Shown: piece by piece, positions 62,368 to 64,000 of the stretch
Layout of the letters: every line of letters starts with the position of its first letter
Numbering within the stretch: the stretch's first letter is position 1
From: Octopus vulgaris
Lineage: Eukaryota
NCBI GenBank assembly: GCA_951406725.2
Contig: OX597838.1
Span: 16,864,001 to 16,928,000, forward strand
DNA length: 64,000 bases
Reading direction: 5' to 3'
Notes under the pieces: generated by a model
Told to the model about the DNA's origin: nothing
Database searches by the model: none
The model's input: the letters and a program-made list of their open reading frames with translations, nothing else
Position numbers and translations under genes: made by a program

Positions 62368-63211
62368 TATCTACATATAAATATATATAGATATATATTT
62401 CTATATACATCGTGACGTATATTTGCCATTTAAATATGGCTAACCCCTAAGGGTGGATGCATATATATATACGTATCTACATACATATATATATATATAT
62501 ATCTACATACATATATATACGTATCTACATACATATATACATATATATATATCTATATACATATATACATATATATAACGGGAAGCTTTATGAAAATAGA
62601 CAAAAGACGAAGGCAGGTGGAAAACAAACGAACAATTGTATTAGTATGGCGCTCAGGAAATATAAATAAAACAAGTCTTTAACGTTTCGAGCCTACGCTC
62701 TTCAACAGAAAGATACACAGAGAGAAAAAAAACACAGAAAGAAGGAGAGAAAAAAAATGCGTGCAGTAGCTAACGAATCAACATGGCGATATATATATAT
62801 CTACATACATATATACATATATATATATCTACATACATATATACATATATATATACACATCTATCTATCTATCTATCTATCTATACATACATACATATAT
62901 ATACATATATATATTTGGATCCATGCTACTTCAAGTTTTGCAGGTTCCTAATGGGCACTAGACTCCTTCAGGATTTTGGAATGTGGAATTTGGTATTCCA
63001 AAAGCCTGAACGAATCGGGCCCCATTAGTGTTGTATAAGCACTGCTCTAAAATTATAAAAGAATGGTAACATTATAAATTTTAGAACAAAATATTTTAAT
63101 TCTATAAAAGATTACACAAAAATTATGTAAAGCTGAAAATAGTGAAACAATTCTCACCTGATATAGGGTAGGAAGACATCTACATCTTTTTTTATAACAC
63201 CAATGATATAC
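37772..63211 (-). CDS. DRAM/TMEM150 (Frag1/DRAM/Sfk1) family multi-pass membrane protein, 5' end outside window; join complement(37772-37828,41009-41143,47959-48011,51869-52034,55036-55178,56220-56287,63158-63211)
   Basis: Spliced translation [52 protein letters not shown]...[49 protein letters not shown]... [27 protein letters not shown]. This matches the family motifs PYIS, F-Q-LN, N--GL--G, VGNFQ, H--GA---F, EW and DF. Exon phases are all compatible. Subfamily (DRAM vs TMEM150) not resolved. Confidence 0.9.
37857..38372. mobile_element. Tc1/pogo-type MITE
   Basis: TA|CCATAAATCTTTTGAGTATA ... TATACTCGAGGATTTACGG|TA imperfect TIRs with TA TSD. Confidence 0.7.
38990..39625 (-). mobile_element. 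5'-truncated CR1-type LINE (RT C-terminal region)
   Basis: [15 protein letters not shown]...[12 protein letters not shown]...[17 protein letters not shown]; (TTA)n tail. Confidence 0.92.
41009..41143 (-). CDS. DRAM/TMEM150-like exon (last TM, EW...DF motif)
   Basis: tttcag|[45 protein letters not shown]|gtatgt. Confidence 0.92.
41590..42008 (-). mobile_element. SINE family A
   Basis: Full-length copy. Confidence 0.9.
42211..43498 (+). mobile_element. Full-length but inactivated mariner transposon (about 1.29 kb)
   Basis: 27-bp TIRs tcaggtcatcccataagttctgtccga; transposase motifs [46 protein letters not shown]; stops and frameshifts. Confidence 0.95.
44100..44697 (-). mobile_element. SINE family C, internal trimer
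   Basis: Three about 185-bp bodies behind one head; flanking duplication gccatggagaaatattacct. Confidence 0.88.
44950..45341 (-). mobile_element. SINE family A
   Basis: Near full-length copy. Confidence 0.9.
45778..46160 (+). mobile_element. SINE family B
   Basis: Full-length; TSD aatcttttagatg. Confidence 0.9.
46523..46941 (-). mobile_element. SINE family A
   Basis: Full-length copy. Confidence 0.9.
47228..47612 (+). mobile_element. SINE family A
   Basis: Slightly head-deleted copy. Confidence 0.88.
47959..48011 (-). CDS. DRAM/TMEM150-like small exon after the U12 intron
   Basis: TACCTTAACtaactccag|[19 protein letters not shown]|gtaagt; phases 1 to 0 fit both neighbours. Confidence 0.85.
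48102..48465 (-). mobile_element. Non-autonomous Helitron-like element
   Basis: Minus strand A|TCTTTATATATAAAAG ... GCGATACTGCTAG|T; shares its 3' end with 26872-27255. Confidence 0.7.
49130..49375. repeat. Nested tandem repeats (ggtagaattt 10-mers within 68-78 bp units) inside a SINE family C relic
   Basis: Directly visible. Confidence 0.85.
50009..50808 (+). mobile_element. Internally deleted mariner element carrying a nested piggyBac-type MITE (50124-50352)
   Basis: TA|TTGGGTTGTCC...GGACAACCCAA|TA TIRs; N-terminal HTH of the transposase ([21 protein letters not shown]) at 50417-50740; catalytic domain missing. Confidence 0.9.
50968..51375 (-). mobile_element. SINE family A
   Basis: Full-length copy. 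Confidence 0.9.
51869..52034 (-). CDS. DRAM/TMEM150-like exon ending at a U12-type donor
   Basis: ttttag|[30 protein letters not shown]...SILLVT T|GTATCCTT. Confidence 0.9.
52679..52879. mobile_element. hAT-type MITE
   Basis: TIRs CTGTGGTTTTCAA / TTGAAAAGCACAG; 8-bp TSD gggtagag; empty site visible in the paralogous copy at about 49800. Confidence 0.9.
53266..53580 (-). mobile_element. RTE (BovB-like) LINE 3' end
   Basis: [38 protein letters not shown]...AQDRTDWR; (GAA)n tail. Confidence 0.88.
54637..55017 (-). mobile_element. SINE family B, about 18 nt downstream of a DRAM-like exon donor
   Basis: Full-length; TSD aattctgtaacat. Confidence 0.9.
55036..55178 (-). CDS. DRAM/TMEM150-like exon
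   Basis: ttttag|[13 protein letters not shown]...[23 protein letters not shown]|gtgagt. Confidence 0.92.
55441..55800 (+). mobile_element. SINE family A (5'-truncated, diverged)
   Basis: Identity to family A. Confidence 0.8.
56220..56287 (-). CDS. DRAM/TMEM150-like exon
   Basis: tttcag|[24 protein letters not shown]|gtaagt. Confidence 0.88.
56349..57680 (+). mobile_element. Degenerate Ty3/Gypsy-type LTR retrotransposon (LTR-like start, gag, zinc knuckle, protease)
   Basis: TGT start; [17 protein letters not shown]...[10 protein letters not shown]; [14 protein letters not shown] (CCHC); [12 protein letters not shown] (aspartic protease); stops and frameshifts. Confidence 0.8.
57694..58086 (-). 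mobile_element. SINE family A
   Basis: Near full-length copy. Confidence 0.88.
58090..59270 (+). mobile_element. Penelope-like retroelement RT, N-terminal half, degenerate
   Basis: [40 protein letters not shown] (mutated YRDD), FNQLGLK. Confidence 0.85.
58620..58882 (+). mobile_element. 5'-truncated RTE LINE inserted in the Penelope RT
   Basis: [39 protein letters not shown]; (tcaaagtga)2 tail; 8-bp TSD atattgag at 58612-58619 and 58883-58890. Confidence 0.9.
60082..60400 (+). mobile_element. tRNA-derived SINE family E
   Basis: TGGCCTAGTGG and GGTTCGGATC boxes; TSD agggattatt. Confidence 0.82.
60490..61680 (-). mobile_element. Penelope-like retroelement, RT C-terminal region and linker, degenerate, opposite orientation
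   Basis: [39 protein letters not shown]...[10 protein letters not shown], then [26 protein letters not shown]...IRIGYSLM (resembles the WFNPP...KTN...KHF...YSCM region of Penelope-like elements). Confidence 0.8.
60740..61127 (+). mobile_element. SINE family B
   Basis: Full-length; TSD atgcttattag. Confidence 0.9.
61726..62152. repeat. Near-perfect palindrome, about 213-bp arms, no spacer
   Basis: Centre gagaat|attctc at 61939/61940; only a few mismatches near the outer ends. Confidence 0.95.
62676..62713 (-). ncRNA. Putative minimal hammerhead ribozyme variant (Penelope-LTR type)
   Basis: Minus strand tcttt CTGTTGA a gagc-gtag-gctc GAAAC GTT aaaga: stems I and II pair and stem III is palindromic. 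Confidence 0.5.
63158..63211 (-). CDS. DRAM/TMEM150-like exon (LPYIS motif)
   Basis: tatag|G TAT ATC ATT ... CCC TAT ATC AG|gtgaga. Confidence 0.85.
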
Positions 63212-63372
63212 CTATAATATACAAATAAATTTTAAAGATAGCAGCAATTGAATTTCATATGTATAGAAAGTGAGACAAAAATAAACGGCTGAATATAATA
63301 GATATCAGATGATATATGAAGGGAAAACTGGATATATGGTATGACAGGCTAATGAGTAAGTATTATGAGTAA

Positions 63373-63963
63373 GGTGGCGAGCTGGCAGAAACGGTAGAGC
63401 GCCGGGCGAAATGCTTAGTGGTATTTCTTCTGCCGTTACGTTCTGAGTTCAAATTCCGCCAAGGTCGACTTTGCCTTTCATCCTTTCGGGGGTCGATAAA
63501 TTAAGTACCAGTTACGCACTGGGGTCGAATCGACTTAATCCGTCTGTCTGTCCTTGTTTGTCCTCTCTGTGTTTAGCCCCTTGTGGATAATAAAGAAATA
63601 GGTATTTCGTCTGCCGCTACGTTCTGAGTTCAAATTCTGCCAAGGTCGACTTTGCCTTTCATCCTTTCGGGGTCGATAAATTAAGTACCAGTTACGCACT
63701 GGGGGTCGATGTAATCGACTTAATCCGTTTGTCTGTCCTTGTTTGTCCTCTCTGTGTTTAGCCCCTTTGGGTAATAAAGAAATAGGTATTTCGTCTACCA
63801 CTACATTCTGAGTTCAAATTCCCGAGGTTGACTCTGCCTTTCATCCTTTCGGGGTCGATAAATTAAGTACCAGTTACGCACTGGGGTCGAATCGACTCAA
63901 TTCGTTTGTCTGTCCTTGTTTGTCCCCTCTATGTGTAGCCCCTTGTGGGTAGTAAAGAAATAA
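63373..63963 (+). mobile_element. SINE family C, internal trimer
   Basis: One head plus three about 181-185 bp bodies. Confidence 0.88.
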
Positions 63964-64000
63964 GTTTGTGCAAACAGTTGAAGGTGTCAGTGGTAGAAAA

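Overview
AT-rich, intron-rich, repeat-dense animal genomic DNA. The SINE families suggest an octopus or related cephalopod (inference). Two minus-strand protein-coding genes can be reconstructed by hand. (1) A complete cytosolic HSP90 of about 720 aa ending in MEEVD: six coding exons in 15961-19189, a candidate non-coding first exon at about 25542-25685, a TATA box and a heat-shock element inside intron 1. (2) A 5'-incomplete DRAM/TMEM150-family membrane protein gene with seven exons from 63211 down to 37772, almost invisible in the ORF track, which contains a clear U12-type (minor spliceosome) GT-AG intron at 48012-51868. The rest is mobile DNA: several tRNA-derived SINE families (some with intact target-site duplications, TSDs, and internal multimers), RTE and CR1 LINE fragments, two mariner relics, piggyBac, hAT and pogo-type MITEs, non-autonomous Helitrons, two LTR-retrotransposon relics and a Penelope-like element split by an apparent inversion. 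There are also several hammerhead-ribozyme-like motifs and long palindromes. I found no evidence for a wholly new protein-based system; the most notable signals are non-coding (minor intron, intronic HSE, hammerhead/foldback units).
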